Positions 1-11,603 of a stretch of DNA of 64,000 nucleotides are shown here, in pieces (the first letter of the stretch is position 1; every line of letters begins with the position of its first letter). The translations under genes and the position numbers were made by a program. Source of the stretch: Tubulanus polymorphus (taxonomy: Eukaryota > Animalia > Nemertea); NCBI RefSeq assembly GCF_964204645.1, contig NC_134025.1, positions 23,354,299 to 23,418,298 on the forward strand. The letters are read 5' to 3'. The notes below the pieces were generated by a model. That model was not told the origin of the DNA. It was given only the letters and a program-made list of their open reading frames with translations, and ran no database searches.

Positions 1-2169
1 ACCGAAACTAATAGCAATTAAATCAAAAAATTTAATATAAAATGTTTCACTAAATCAGCAAATGCCTAATTGTTAATGAAATGGGTACGATTTCTGATAG
101 ATTATTACTTTCAAAATGTTTGGATTGCTAGAGGATGATTTTACAGTACTACAGTAATTTAAATAATCAGTACCGGTATGTCTAATTTTATTTTGTAAAT
201 CTGTGTTTGATGGGCTAGCGACTGGAAATGACACTTTGACATACAATGTTAACTAATTAACTACCTGGATACTTTGTATGCAAAAATAAAACAACGGCCA
301 AGTGTTTTTCAACTCCTATGCGAGAGAACTTGAAATGAACCATTGAGTTATTCATTATTTTTTTGGTTTATTTCTCAAAGTTCGAAAGCCAGCAGAATTG
401 CAAGGTACTGGGTCTGGGAGGGCGAGACTCCCGAGGTTGTACGAAATCAACGTTTCAGTGTTTCAGCTAACCTTTAGATTCTATGCTCTAGCAAGCGCGC
501 CTACGGAGACTCGGGGAACTCCGCGGTTTATCTCATTTATTTCTTGCGCGAAACAGCATCCGTAATTTATATGCGCTTGCGCATTGACGCTCGGCTAAGA
601 TTACTTATATCACAAAAAATTATTATCATGGCTAATTTTTATAGTAAAGCGCCAACGAAATGATCATCCGATATCTGAACGTCTTTTCCGTAACTTGTGA
701 ACACGACTAGAAATGATAACTTTAAAACGATAATCTTTATAATGTTTTAAGCGATTTAAGGGTAATACCCTCGCATGCCGAAGGTAGTGATTTGTTGTAG
801 AAAGTATTATTCGTGAACTTAATAAAAGCCCTGTTCTCATATAAAGCTAGCATTCAGTTTCTTTCGAATAAAAGATACTGAAAATTAAGTTTTAGTCCAG
901 TTGATTCATGATTTGATAACGTAATAAATTGAATTTCTGGCAGGATTCGAACCCACGAAATTGTGCAATGAGTTCCATAATTTCAAGATGGCGGTATGGT
1001 CGCAGTGATGTGCTTTGTCGAATGTTGGGGTAGGTTTCTTCTCTTTTCTCCGCAACAGTTGATCTTTAATAACCGAGGAAAGAGGTTCATCTCAAGAACA
1101 ATTTTAGACCGTCGAAAGTGTGAACGAGGAAGCGAAGGTTGTCCATTTCTGTTAGTAACTGCGCTTTGAATATCGAACCTTCTTGAAAATGGAGAACTTT
1201 CTTTTTTTTCACTCAATTCAATTCAAATATGAATTGATACAGACAAATTGTTTTTATTGAAAAGTCAGGACCCATTGTTTTTTTTGCCAAACGACAATGT
1301 ACCTGTACAATAATTGTTTATTGTCGATGAAAACGTAGCAGGAAAGGGTTGGATTGGAATACTAGTGTCAAGTGAACAAAAAATTAATGAAAATAGGACG
1401 AAGTCAAAAGATCCATGATCGCCTTGTTTGGTTAGTCTGCTGAGTACCAGATGATGAACGGGTTAACCTAAAACTTCTGACGCCGAAGTGTTGTAAAGAG
1501 GAGTTAATTCCTGTTTCTTGCTATGCAACCGCACACTTTTGTCCACTATTAAAACTATTTTATCAAATGAACAGTCAGTCGCAAACAATGCACTTGTTTA
1601 TGCTGAATAAAGATTTTGAAATTTGAATGAATTAGATAATTACCTTTAATGACTTTATAATGACTGAAAGCTACGAGGGACGAAAATTATGTACACTTTA
1701 ACCCTCAACGTTGTTTGGGAACAAGGGATTGATGCTAGACTATCACCGTCTCTGTTGAAAAATTTGATTAGTGATTTGATTTGATTAGTGAATATACTCT
1801 ATATCCGCCTTTGACCAAAGTAGTTGGGTATAAATATTTCTTTTAATGGATACGCTTTATTGCGATACAATAGTACATGTAATTGAATATCAAAATCATT
1901 GAAGAATGTGGCTTGATGCTAAGGCCTAGTTTGAAGTGGTCTAGTTGGAAGTCGGAAGTTTATGCTGACACAGCATTATTCCAGTTCACTATTTTCCCTG
2001 CCTTTACATAATAACATATAAAGATAACATTATTTTGTTAAGTCAAGTGACAGGGTTTAGGTCTATGGAGGATTGGGATAAGAGTTAGGGTTCATTTTAG
2101 GGCTAGGGATAGGGTTATGGTTAGCTTGAGTGCTATATGTAGTTAAGACATAAGATGGCTTCTTCGAAC

Positions 2170-2235
2170 CTCTGTAGTCTAGCGGGAAGATGCTGCATTG
2201 GGAAGATGCTGGCCCGGGTTCAAATACTGCTCTAT
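2170..2235 (+). mobile_element. tRNA-derived SINE head or tRNA pseudogene
   Basis: A-box-like GTAGTCTAGCGG and B-box-like GGCCCGGGTTCAAATAC at tRNA spacing, but no intact acceptor or anticodon stems. Preceded by degenerate TTAGGG-like repeats (~2050-2125). Confidence 0.45.
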
Positions 2236-3172
2236 TTTCTCTAAATCTTTCCGTCATTCTTTCCTCCCATTCTCTGACTTTAAGTCGTCACCTCAGCATG
2301 TGCATGTGTGATATGAATTAGCCAATCACTGGGGGGGGGGGGGTAAAACTGCCAAATAGTTATACGAAAATGAAACCAGATCAGGCTTTATATTTACTGC
2401 CAAATCTTTTGACGAGTAGTTAGTCTTGCATTACCTAAATATGAGAGTTACCTGGCTGATTTTGTTTTTAATCTACACACACACAACTTGGGCAATTTGT
2501 TTGACTCTACTGCGCAGTTCTGGTACGCTTTTACATCACAAATCAGGCTTATTCAATTTATAGCTTATTTATTTGTGACCAAATGCTACTGGATGTTACT
2601 TACTTTTTGAATTTCTAAGTAAAGAAAAGATTGCGGTTATTCATGGATTGGGCGTTAGCCTATATCAACAATATGACAGCAACAAGGTATATTGAATATC
2701 ATTGAAAAAAGTGGTGCGTAAAATATAGCAAGTTCGGATGACATTCCGAAGACAGTTCTATTCAGCTTGACTCGTCGCGTTGTACATTTCTCAACTCATT
2801 TGTTTGTAGCTAAAAGTTCGAAATCGAATGTGTGGTGGGTTTTTGAGAGACAATCGAACTAAGGAATCGATCAAATGAATAAGCGAGACAAATCCCTATT
2901 CCATGATCGAAGCCAGACTTGAAACGCTGACCTGACTACCACTTCTATTTGAGAGTAGCTACTAGTAGCATCAATTTCAATTCAACCATTCTTTGATGCC
3001 GAATTGTGGCGAAAACTACTACAGGTGTAGATAACAAGGTAGTAGGGCCTGGCTAACTCAAAGTTCTTGATAACCATACACACCAGTGTTCAATTCAGTC
3101 TTAATGTTATTGTTCAGAATGATGTTTATAGTCTCTTTTTTTCTATTAAGAGATATTTATAATACAAACAGA

Positions 3173-3401
3173 TAGTTTTACGGATCTCGGTTGACTATTT
3201 ATAAACTTAAGAATGATGTTGAAATGAATTGTATGGCAATTTCGCTGATGGAGTGGGCGTCACCACTCCAAACAGTGATTTAAGTATTAGTTTTACGGAT
3301 CTCTGTTGATTATTTATAAACTTAAGAATGATGTTGAAATGAATTGTATGGCAATTTTGCTGATGGAGTGGGCGTCACCACTCCATATAGTGAGTTAAGT
3401 A
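3173..3401. repeat. Direct tandem duplication, 2 x 115 bp, each copy with an 8-bp GC-rich hairpin
   Basis: TAGTTTTACGGATCTC... starts at 3173 and again at 3288 with few substitutions. Both copies contain TGGAGTGG-GCGTCA-CCACTCCA. Confidence 0.9.
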
Positions 3402-3789
3402 GAATGGGATAATTTTACTATTAAAAGGGAGGGATAGAAAAAAAGAGGATAGAAACTCGATATAAGATCATCTGTGCCCACGGATATGATCTCGCATTGC
3501 GTTGTGTATTATTATTGGCTTATCTATTAAGATTCATCAATTTGTATCAATTTTGACCTGGCTTTTTTCTGATTTTGTGAAAGTACTTAGCTATTAATTC
3601 TTCAAAACTTCTTTCGTCAATATTTCTATCGAAGACAAGCATTTTCTTAATCGAAAATGATTGATGATATTTTATATAGCACCATAAATTTTGAGACTTT
3701 TAACGCTTCAAAATTGAAATATGGAGAAAAGAACGTGTCTGAATAAAATGATTTTAACTTTCATTATGATGAAACATCTAGTTTTGTAA

Positions 3790-4100
3790 TGGGATTTAGA
3801 AATTGAAACGATCGAGATTCTTGGGTAGGGAATTCCATAGAATATGATAAAGGTAGCTAAAACTTGTTTGTATCGTATGATAGCGGAATACATCGTATTT
3901 GGAATGGTGATTGAAATCCACTGCGGCAAGTTTCTGTGCGGTTATATTTGATTATATTCTGATCGACGGAGCAGAGATTCCCTGATTAATAATAATCTAA
4001 ATCATGAAAATATGATACGATCATACATCGTCCCTTCTGCACGAGTGTCTGGTTGAAGATATAATCTGCGTAGTTATATTTCCTGTAGCGTTAGGGGGGT
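3790..4100 (-). mobile_element. Degenerate 3' part of a non-LTR retrotransposon ORF2 (CR1/L2-like)
   Basis: Minus-strand frame reads ...SFSYLYHILWNSLPKNL, the WNxLP motif typical of the CR1/L2 ORF2 C-terminus. The surrounding frame is broken by stops. Confidence 0.35.
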
Positions 4101-4490
4101 GAAACTGGCAATTTTCCAAGGATCTTCATATTATACCCAGGTGCATTGTAAGAGAAACAGTTGGAATGTTTCTACCGGTGGTACTCATTCATAACTAGAC
4201 TTCATCTTCGAACAACGTGATCACCGCGGCATCTCCACAACACCCCGGACCAATGCGCAGGGTTCTTCTCCAGACATTTAGCAATAAAAGATGATTTTCA
4301 AGGAGATAATGATTGCATTTTATTGTGTCATCATCACTCATTTAAATAAAAAAGAAAATTCAAGTGCATTAATATTTTTGAGGTTAACATTATGTTCCCT
4401 TTATTGGGTGAAATAATGATAATGAGGTTTTCGCTGTGAGAGATGTGAAGTGAAATGAATTTAGCCACAATTCTGCAGCAGGCTGGTTAG

Positions 4491-4943
4491 CAGGCGCGGA
4501 TCCAGGGCCATTCGGTGACTACAGCACAAGTGAAATAAGGGCACCAACTTTGAAAGGGGCCAGTATTAATGCCTGGCGAGCGAGTTTGAGTTTGAGTGCC
4601 ATTTATTGGTATCATGCCACTAAATTTGCCTTCACATTCAATTTGCTTGTGCCTTTCTTAAGATTTTTGCCCTTTTTCGATTAGATTTATAGAGCAACAA
4701 TATTGTCTCTTTTAGAATAGTGCCCTTTTGAGTAAAGGAATTAGATTGCCTTTTTTGATTTTGGGCAATATATTTTCATTCACATTTTGCTTTAGTCCTA
4801 GTACAGAAAGGCAATTATTTTTTATGGCGCACAAATTGTGTGCCATTTTATTTACTTTTTTCCCGAAACAAACATTTTTCAAGGGCATTTTAAAACTGCG
4901 ACTACCGCACTTGCTGCATGTGGATAGTCTGGATCCACGCCTG
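4491..4943. mobile_element. MITE with 15-bp TIRs upstream of CSDE1
   Basis: CAGGCGCGGATCCAG ... CTGGATCCACGCCTG (1 mismatch). GTTAG is repeated on both flanks (4486-4490, 4944-4948). The interior has TGCC/GGCA-rich subrepeats. Confidence 0.8.
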
Positions 4944-5313
4944 GTTAGTAAGTGAAGACCCTACTGCATACAGTACGTGTTATGTAACTAAGACTTTACT
5001 GGGAATAGACACTGTTTTCTTCTTTTTTTCAGAACCTCTAAAAAAGCGAAGTTAATGTAAAACGAAGCGTACTCTACACGAAAGATTGTAAGAAGATTTA
5101 ACTGTGTTTTTTTTTCTGAACATAAAGCTAAAACTACTCTCTTTATACTGCCCAACTTTTGTCCACACCGTGAGCACACACTGCCCATCTGAGGAGGAGA
5201 AACAAGACCAGTCGAACATCGTCGTTGTTAAAAGCTATTAAAGAGGAATCGAAGACCGAAAACAACCATAGAACATTAACCCAAGTCTATGTGAACAGAT
5301 AAGAAGCGTAGTA

Positions 5314-8300
5314 ATGATGGCTAATCCTCAGTGGAAGGTATGCATAACGGGATGTTTATAAAGCGCTTACAACATTGACAAGCAGCGTTTGTCCGGCCTG
5401 GAATGTGGGGTTTTTGCTCGCGGCAGGTTGCTACTACTTAATGACCTGATGAAAGTACCTGAAGTCATTTGTTGTACATCTATCTCAGTTAAGCTCTGAA
5501 GTTTTTTTTTTTTTAAGTTGAATTTTTAAAGTTGCGTTTTTAAGTAACTTGTGTTATGACTAATCGAATATACTCGTACAGGCAAGGTTGGTTTTAAGAC
5601 TTTGCGGTGGTTTTCTATTGCAGAATTTCCAGCCGCCAATGCAAGATCCTGCTATCCTTGCCTATCAACCTCGTCCAGCTACTCACTTCGGGAGCCCGCT
5701 GGTGTCTAATCATGCAAGCAACAATAATGCGAATTCTCTTATCCGTGAGACGGGTATTGTTGAAAAACTTTTAGTAAGTAAATTTTTAGATCAATCAATG
5801 ATTGGCCCTTTGATGATTTTTAGCTACTGCATTACTATGGGAAGACTTGATGAAGAAACTTCGATGGATTGTCTTGATATTTGGTTTTACTTGTATTAAA
5901 CACAAAAACTGGCCATATTCAAGACTGGCTTATTGATGGCCATTATTGTGTGCAATAATTGAGTGAAAATTTGGTCGATCGGACACAAGATGGCCAATCT
6001 ACAATGACCTTTTTGTGCGTAATTGGTGGCCACCTTAGTCTAATCAGTTGCATGCATATAAGTGAAAAAGGATTTCTCACTGATTTCAACCTATAGTCTT
6101 GATATTGGAGATGGTTAGCATTACTATAAAACACATTATATAACAGATCTTTACTTGATTTTTTGTGCATGTTGAACGGGCCATAGGCTACAAAAATAGA
6201 GAGACTTGTTGAATTTGACCTCAGGGGATGCCCTAGCTTGAAAATTCGATGTTTACTGAGTAAATGAATGATTTGATGATTTAATTTCAGCACTCGTACG
6301 GTTTTATTCAATGCTGCGAACGTGAATCGAGACTTTTCTTCCATTATAGCGAATATAGTGGAAATATCGATACCATCAAAATTGGAGGTGAGTCACTGAG
6401 ATTTTGTAAATGAATCAATTCCTAAAGTCAAGTGTAGTATGCTGAAAACAACAGTTCTACCTGAATATACACATTTAAAGCTACACACAATCTCTGAAAT
6501 ATACTTATCCTATATCATTTCTGTAGATTCCGTGGAATTCCAAATGTGTACTGATCGCAAAACAGGAAAACCGGTAGCCTGTTCCATTGTGAAACTGGAT
6601 GGAACGGCCTCATTTGAAATTTATGGAGAGGAGCGTGTTACTGGAACTGTGGTAACTGAACCAAAAGCAATCAACAGACGACATGTATGTATGATTCAAA
6701 TCCGATTGAACACATTTCCAATTTGAATTTTCTTGGATCAGTTCGAATTAAGACGGGAAAGCGTTATTGAAACTTCCATCCCCTTCGTGCATCCCTCCCT
6801 GCTTTACGTGGATTTGAACCTGATGATTGCGAGGATTTGACCTGATGATCGCGAGGTTCTGTCACACTACAAAAACCCCAAACCCCTAGTAGAACTGTTG
6901 CATTCACTCACATCACACAAAATTGTGTATAACCAATTTATCGGAGAATGACCATTTGAGTGTTTATCTCTTTACAGAGTTTAACAGGAATTCAAGATGG
7001 GATGGGCAGAGTATCATTTGAAAGAAGCGGAGAGTGCTTTTTCCTGCCATTTTCAATGGATGATCTTGAAGACGGAGCCAAAGTAAAAAATGGGGACAAT
7101 GTTACTTTCTTCATAGCTACCGACAAAAGGTGCGGATAGTTGGAATGCATGAATTAATCGGTATCCCTTGAACTGTTGTTTTGTGTCATGAAGAGAATTG
7201 CCTCTTCTTGTTTGCTTCTCATGTCCCTTTCTTTGATTGTCCGTGGTTCAGATACTTGTGGGTTTGCAGTACTGTGTTGCTCATGAATGAAGTGAGAACC
7301 ATCCATAGGATTGCTATAGTAGAATAGCTACCTTCATAACTGGGCATTCTTCTCTTATTTGTAGAAATGGAAATATTCGCGCCAGAAAAGTTAAACCGCT
7401 ACAACCGTTCAAACTCGAGCGACATGAGGGTGTCGTGTGCTCGATGAAGGATTCGTACGGGTTCATCGAGCGTTCCGACGTCGTCAAAGAAATCTTCTTT
7501 CACTACAGTGAATTTGAAGGCAACATCAACGAACTGTTACTGGGTGATGATGTCGAATTTTCTGTTGCCGAACGAAATGTAAGTCAATCAAATTAAGAAA
7601 CATTATTAATCGAGCCATGGATGTTTTTGCTCTATATCCGTGTAGATTTTCAGTGGCTTAATCATGAGTTACGCCATTTAGGGGCTTTGATAATGAAGCT
7701 ATATTACTTGAATTACCATTGAATGATTACCGCATGAATTGGAAATCTTTATTTTCCGTCTAGGGCAAGGAAGTCGCCACGGAGATCCAGCGTTTGCCGG
7801 AGGGAACCGTCATCTTCGAGGATGTCGGAATCGAACGCGTACAAGGCAAAGTTGTCAAAACTCTGAAAAGCATTCACAATCGTCGACAGAGCGACCCTCT
7901 TGCCGGAAGAATCGTTTACACCACGAAAACAGGGTTCGTTCTCATTACTCTCGAATTCTGTTCCGTAAGATACATGGTGAATCAATTCAGTGAATGGATG
8001 TAACTTTCAATTTTGCCCGAAAATAATTATAGCATTATTTAGGTATAGTGTGTAGGCCATGAGCCTATAAGCACACGAAAAAGAATGTCTGTGTTCAATC
8101 AAGGCTTATGCAAGAAAATCTTGTGTATTTCTAGGCTAGGATGGTCAGTCAGGCTATGAAACCTGTCATTAGAAATAAGCCCTGTATATCATTCAGTGAT
8201 GTATTTCAGCGTTCATGTCCTTCTGCATTTTCAGACAAGTTGAGATCCCGTACGGAGATAAAGATCAACGCGGCGATTACACGTTACAATGCGGCGATCT

Positions 8301-11300
8301 CGTCGAATTCAATGTCGCCACCGATCGTCGCGATAAACTTCAACGAGCCACCAACATAGATCTAGCCGAGGAGACGTTCGCGTTGACCGGCGAAATACGA
8401 GAAAACGGAATGGTCGCTACGCTGAAAGAAGGCTACGGCTTCATCCGTTGCGCCACGCGAGACGTGCGCATGTTCTTTCACTTCAGCGAAGCGTTGGATC
8501 CGAACAGAAATTTCCAGCTTCAAGATGAAGTCGAATTCACCGTAGTCCAGGTAAATCATCCAGTTCAGTTGTCTACAATTAATTGAAATAGAAGTCTCGG
8601 TCAATTTGTCAAAATTGACCCATAGGGTATTGGATATTTGGCCAACTAGTATTCATCTCCCAACTATAGTCATAACCTCCCTGTAGTTCAGTCTTCCAGA
8701 GATACAAACCCATATGATTATTGTGGCATTTACAGTCATTTCCAATTTTCGATGGTCTTGAATAGAATCATAAACGGCTATAGAATCATTAACTAAATGA
8801 TACAATTAACAACAGCAGTGTATTGCAGTCAGCAATACATCTAAATCAGTAATGAGGAATCTTTTCCTTCAGGACCCCACATCTACAAATAGAGAAATTG
8901 GCATTCGTATCAAACACTTGGCAAAAGGAAGTATCACACTGAAAACTACTCCAGAAAAACTACAGGGTGTCATTGAACGAGAACCTTGTTTCCATAACAA
9001 AAGTCCCAGTAAGTTATCGATCTATGCACAAAGATAATGAATAAATCCACTTTCTTTAAATGAATCAACAAGTTATTAGTTGGTTTCCGTTTCCGATGAA
9101 GTTAATATTTGGTCTTACTTTTAGGCAAAAACAGTGTCAAGGAACCGGAACTTGGCTTCATATTGTATGAAGTTAATGGCAACAATCAAAGCATTCCATA
9201 TAGTACTAAAGACATTCATGATATCCGGCAAATCCCGAAACTTGGAGACAAGGTAATGTTCAATATGCGTACTGCCAAGAGAATGTAGATTTATGTTTAT
9301 TTGATTTATCAACACTCACGAAATGATACAATTCGTATAGGTTGAATTTACAATTTCAACTGATAACAGTAACAAACGCAAAATGGCAATCAACATACGT
9401 ATCTTGAGACGTACATCTATTATTCGTCAAAATGGATTCATTGCAACTATCAAGGATAGCTTTGGTTTCATCGAAAATGGAGACCATGACAAAGAAGTAT
9501 TCTTCCATTTTAGGTATGTATTTCAATTTGTTTTGTACATTTTTAGCATACGCATAGGTCTATCATTTAATGAATGAGTTACTAATCAAAAATATTTTTT
9601 TCAAATCCAGTGCATTTGATGGTGACCCTAATGCGCTTGAATTAGGAGATGAGATTGAATATACTCTGAGCCGAAAGAACTCAAAAGTTTGCGCTGAAAG
9701 TATCCGCAAACTGCCGAAAGGAAGCGTTTCTCCGGAAGAGCTGCTTCCCGGGGTTTACGAGGGCAAGATCATTCGCCCGATGAGAATCATAAATCCTGAT
9801 CAAGACGAGTATTGCGGATTAGTTCAGCTCGGTCACAATGGTATGTTGTTTACATTTCACTTTTTTCAGAGTTTCATTACTTAATATTGATGATTAATTT
9901 ACCCTTCGTTGATCTCTTCTTGGACCTTCAAAGTAAATCTGTCATGATTTAACCCTTTCAGTGCTGACTTATTAATACCCTAAAGTGCTGGAGATAATTT
10001 GAAAATTTTCAAAAATTCCACCCTAGCGTGTTGAATAACAGGAATACCACTATAGTGCGCCTACACCGCGGTATATCATTAGTTACTAGTATTTCACTAT
10101 GTTTGACAGGTGCTGCCATTTTTCAATAGAGATAATTACTAATTACATCAATACACCCCAGCGCGGTGTACTAGCAAAATCCATCACTGATTCATACACC
10201 GCACTGCGGTGTAGACGCACTGAAAGGGTTAAGGGTTGTTAAACGCAATGGCTTCGTTCATTTGCAGATGGTCCGGATGTCACGTCGTATGCGTACGGCA
10301 TCACCGGTCTGGCTGACAAGCGTGATTTTCTGCAGCAAGGAGATCTGGTTAAATTTCAACTGTGCACGGTGAAATCTACCGGAAAAGTAAGAGCGACGAA
10401 CATTGCTGCTGCTAGGAAATGTATCCGGGCAACGGTTGATTCTATGAAAGGACAGGTAAATTGCTCGAAATGATTTCATACTTATTCCGGGCATGTAAAA
10501 AACTAGCCACTGGGAATTTGATTTACGATGTTCTCTGACAAATACACAATTCAAAACCTATGCTTAAACGAGCATGTTTCATTAACGCTACCTTTTGCCA
10601 GAAGAGTACGAGTTTATGATGCACGAAATTCTAGTTTATGAATCCCAATTTGATATTGTTAGGTATCTAAATTACCCCAGCATGTTAATATTTGTATCAA
10701 CTGAATTTCATGTTTAGTTTGGTTTCTTGAATTATGAGGCGGAAGAAGGAAAGAAACTGTTTTTCCACATGACAGAAGTTCACGACGGAGCAGAAGTTCG
10801 CTCCGGTGACGATGTCGAATTCGTTGTCGTCCAGAATCAACGTAATGGAAAATACTCGGCGTGTAGTCTACGAAAAATAAGGTGAGCTTCGAGATTGAAC
10901 AAGAAAACTAACTGCAAAGTTTAATGACACCTTGGAAAAAAACATATTATCGACAATGAAATCCACAGTATTGTAACAGAAAATTACATATCATTAAGGA
11001 TCAATAAAGTTATTTTGAATTTGAATATATAATGGGGTACCTGCAGTGCTACTGTGGCAATCGAGGATTCCACTTATGGCAGGCGAGGATCCGCCAGGTT
11101 CGCTAATAGATAGTTGGTCGTCTGCGCTCGATTTCTTCTACATTTCAATTAGATCCAAATGGACATTTCTCTTGAATGAATCAATTATTTAAGAAAACTA
11201 TACCGATATCCGATTAGAAGAAAGTATTTTGTATTTGGTGGGTGCTGTGATAATACATGGACACGAGAGTCTAAAAATCCTGTTCAAAGATCATTGAAAA

Positions 11301-11603
11301 TGAATTAATTTTGACAATGGACGACCTACTGATCGTCACGCCACTTGGCGGGATGGTGGTTTCGCGGGTACCCATTGAATTGACCGGTAACCAGTCTAGC
11401 CCCAATATATTGATAACAAAATCAAAATTGATTTATCATTCTTACATTCTAGTGATCGTCGTCGTCCAGAAAGGCTTATCAGTCGTTTGAAGAGCGTAAG
11501 CGAAGATGGTGCTCCTAAACTGGTCGTTATTCGCCAGCCGAAAGGACCCGACGGCACGAAAGGATTCAAACTAGAACGTAGTCTCTGGAAGCCTTCTTCC
11601 TAA
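5314..11603 (+). CDS. CSDE1: Cold shock domain-containing protein E1 (UNR), ~15 coding exons
   Basis: Spliced frame with GT-AG introns: 5314-5337 (MMANPQWK), 5624-5773 (NFQPP...RETGIVEKLL), 6291-6387 (HSYGFIQCCERESRLFFHYSE), 6527-6684, 6978-7129, 7365-7578 (GVVCSMKDSYGFIERSDVVKEIFFHYSE), ~7764-7933, 8235-8550 (GYGFIRCATRDVRMFFHFSE), ~8873-9008, ~9125-9252, 9341-~9513, 9611-9841, ~10268-10455, ~10718-10881, ~11452-11603. Repeated cold-shock RNP1/RNP2 motifs (YGFI...FFH) and a C-terminal SUZ-C motif (VIRQPKGPDGTKGF), stop TAA 11601-11603. Long AT-rich putative 3'UTR to ~14 kb. Confidence 0.96.
9953..10228. mobile_element. piggyBac-like MITE in a CSDE1 intron
   Basis: TTAA|CCCTTTCAGTGC ... GCACTGAAAGGG|TTAA: perfect 12-bp TIRs starting CCC, with TTAA target duplication. 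Confidence 0.92.
11031..11376. mobile_element. Possible MITE in the last CSDE1 intron
   Basis: AATGGGGTACCTGC ... GCGGGTACCCATT imperfect terminal inverted repeat. It adjoins an AATAAA-(TTTGAA)n LINE/SINE-type tail at ~11002-11025. Confidence 0.4.

Noticed and set aside
983-1216. 77-aa ORF and other short ORFs in 1-5 kb, 12-17 kb, 27-31 kb and 62-64 kb
   Set aside because: No domain motifs, biased UTR- or intergenic-like composition and no consistent splice structure.
2050-2235. Telomeric repeats and a tRNA gene
   Set aside because: The TTAGGG-like units are few and degenerate (also at ~41288 and ~43352), and the tRNA-like part lacks a cloverleaf. Treated as repeat remnants.
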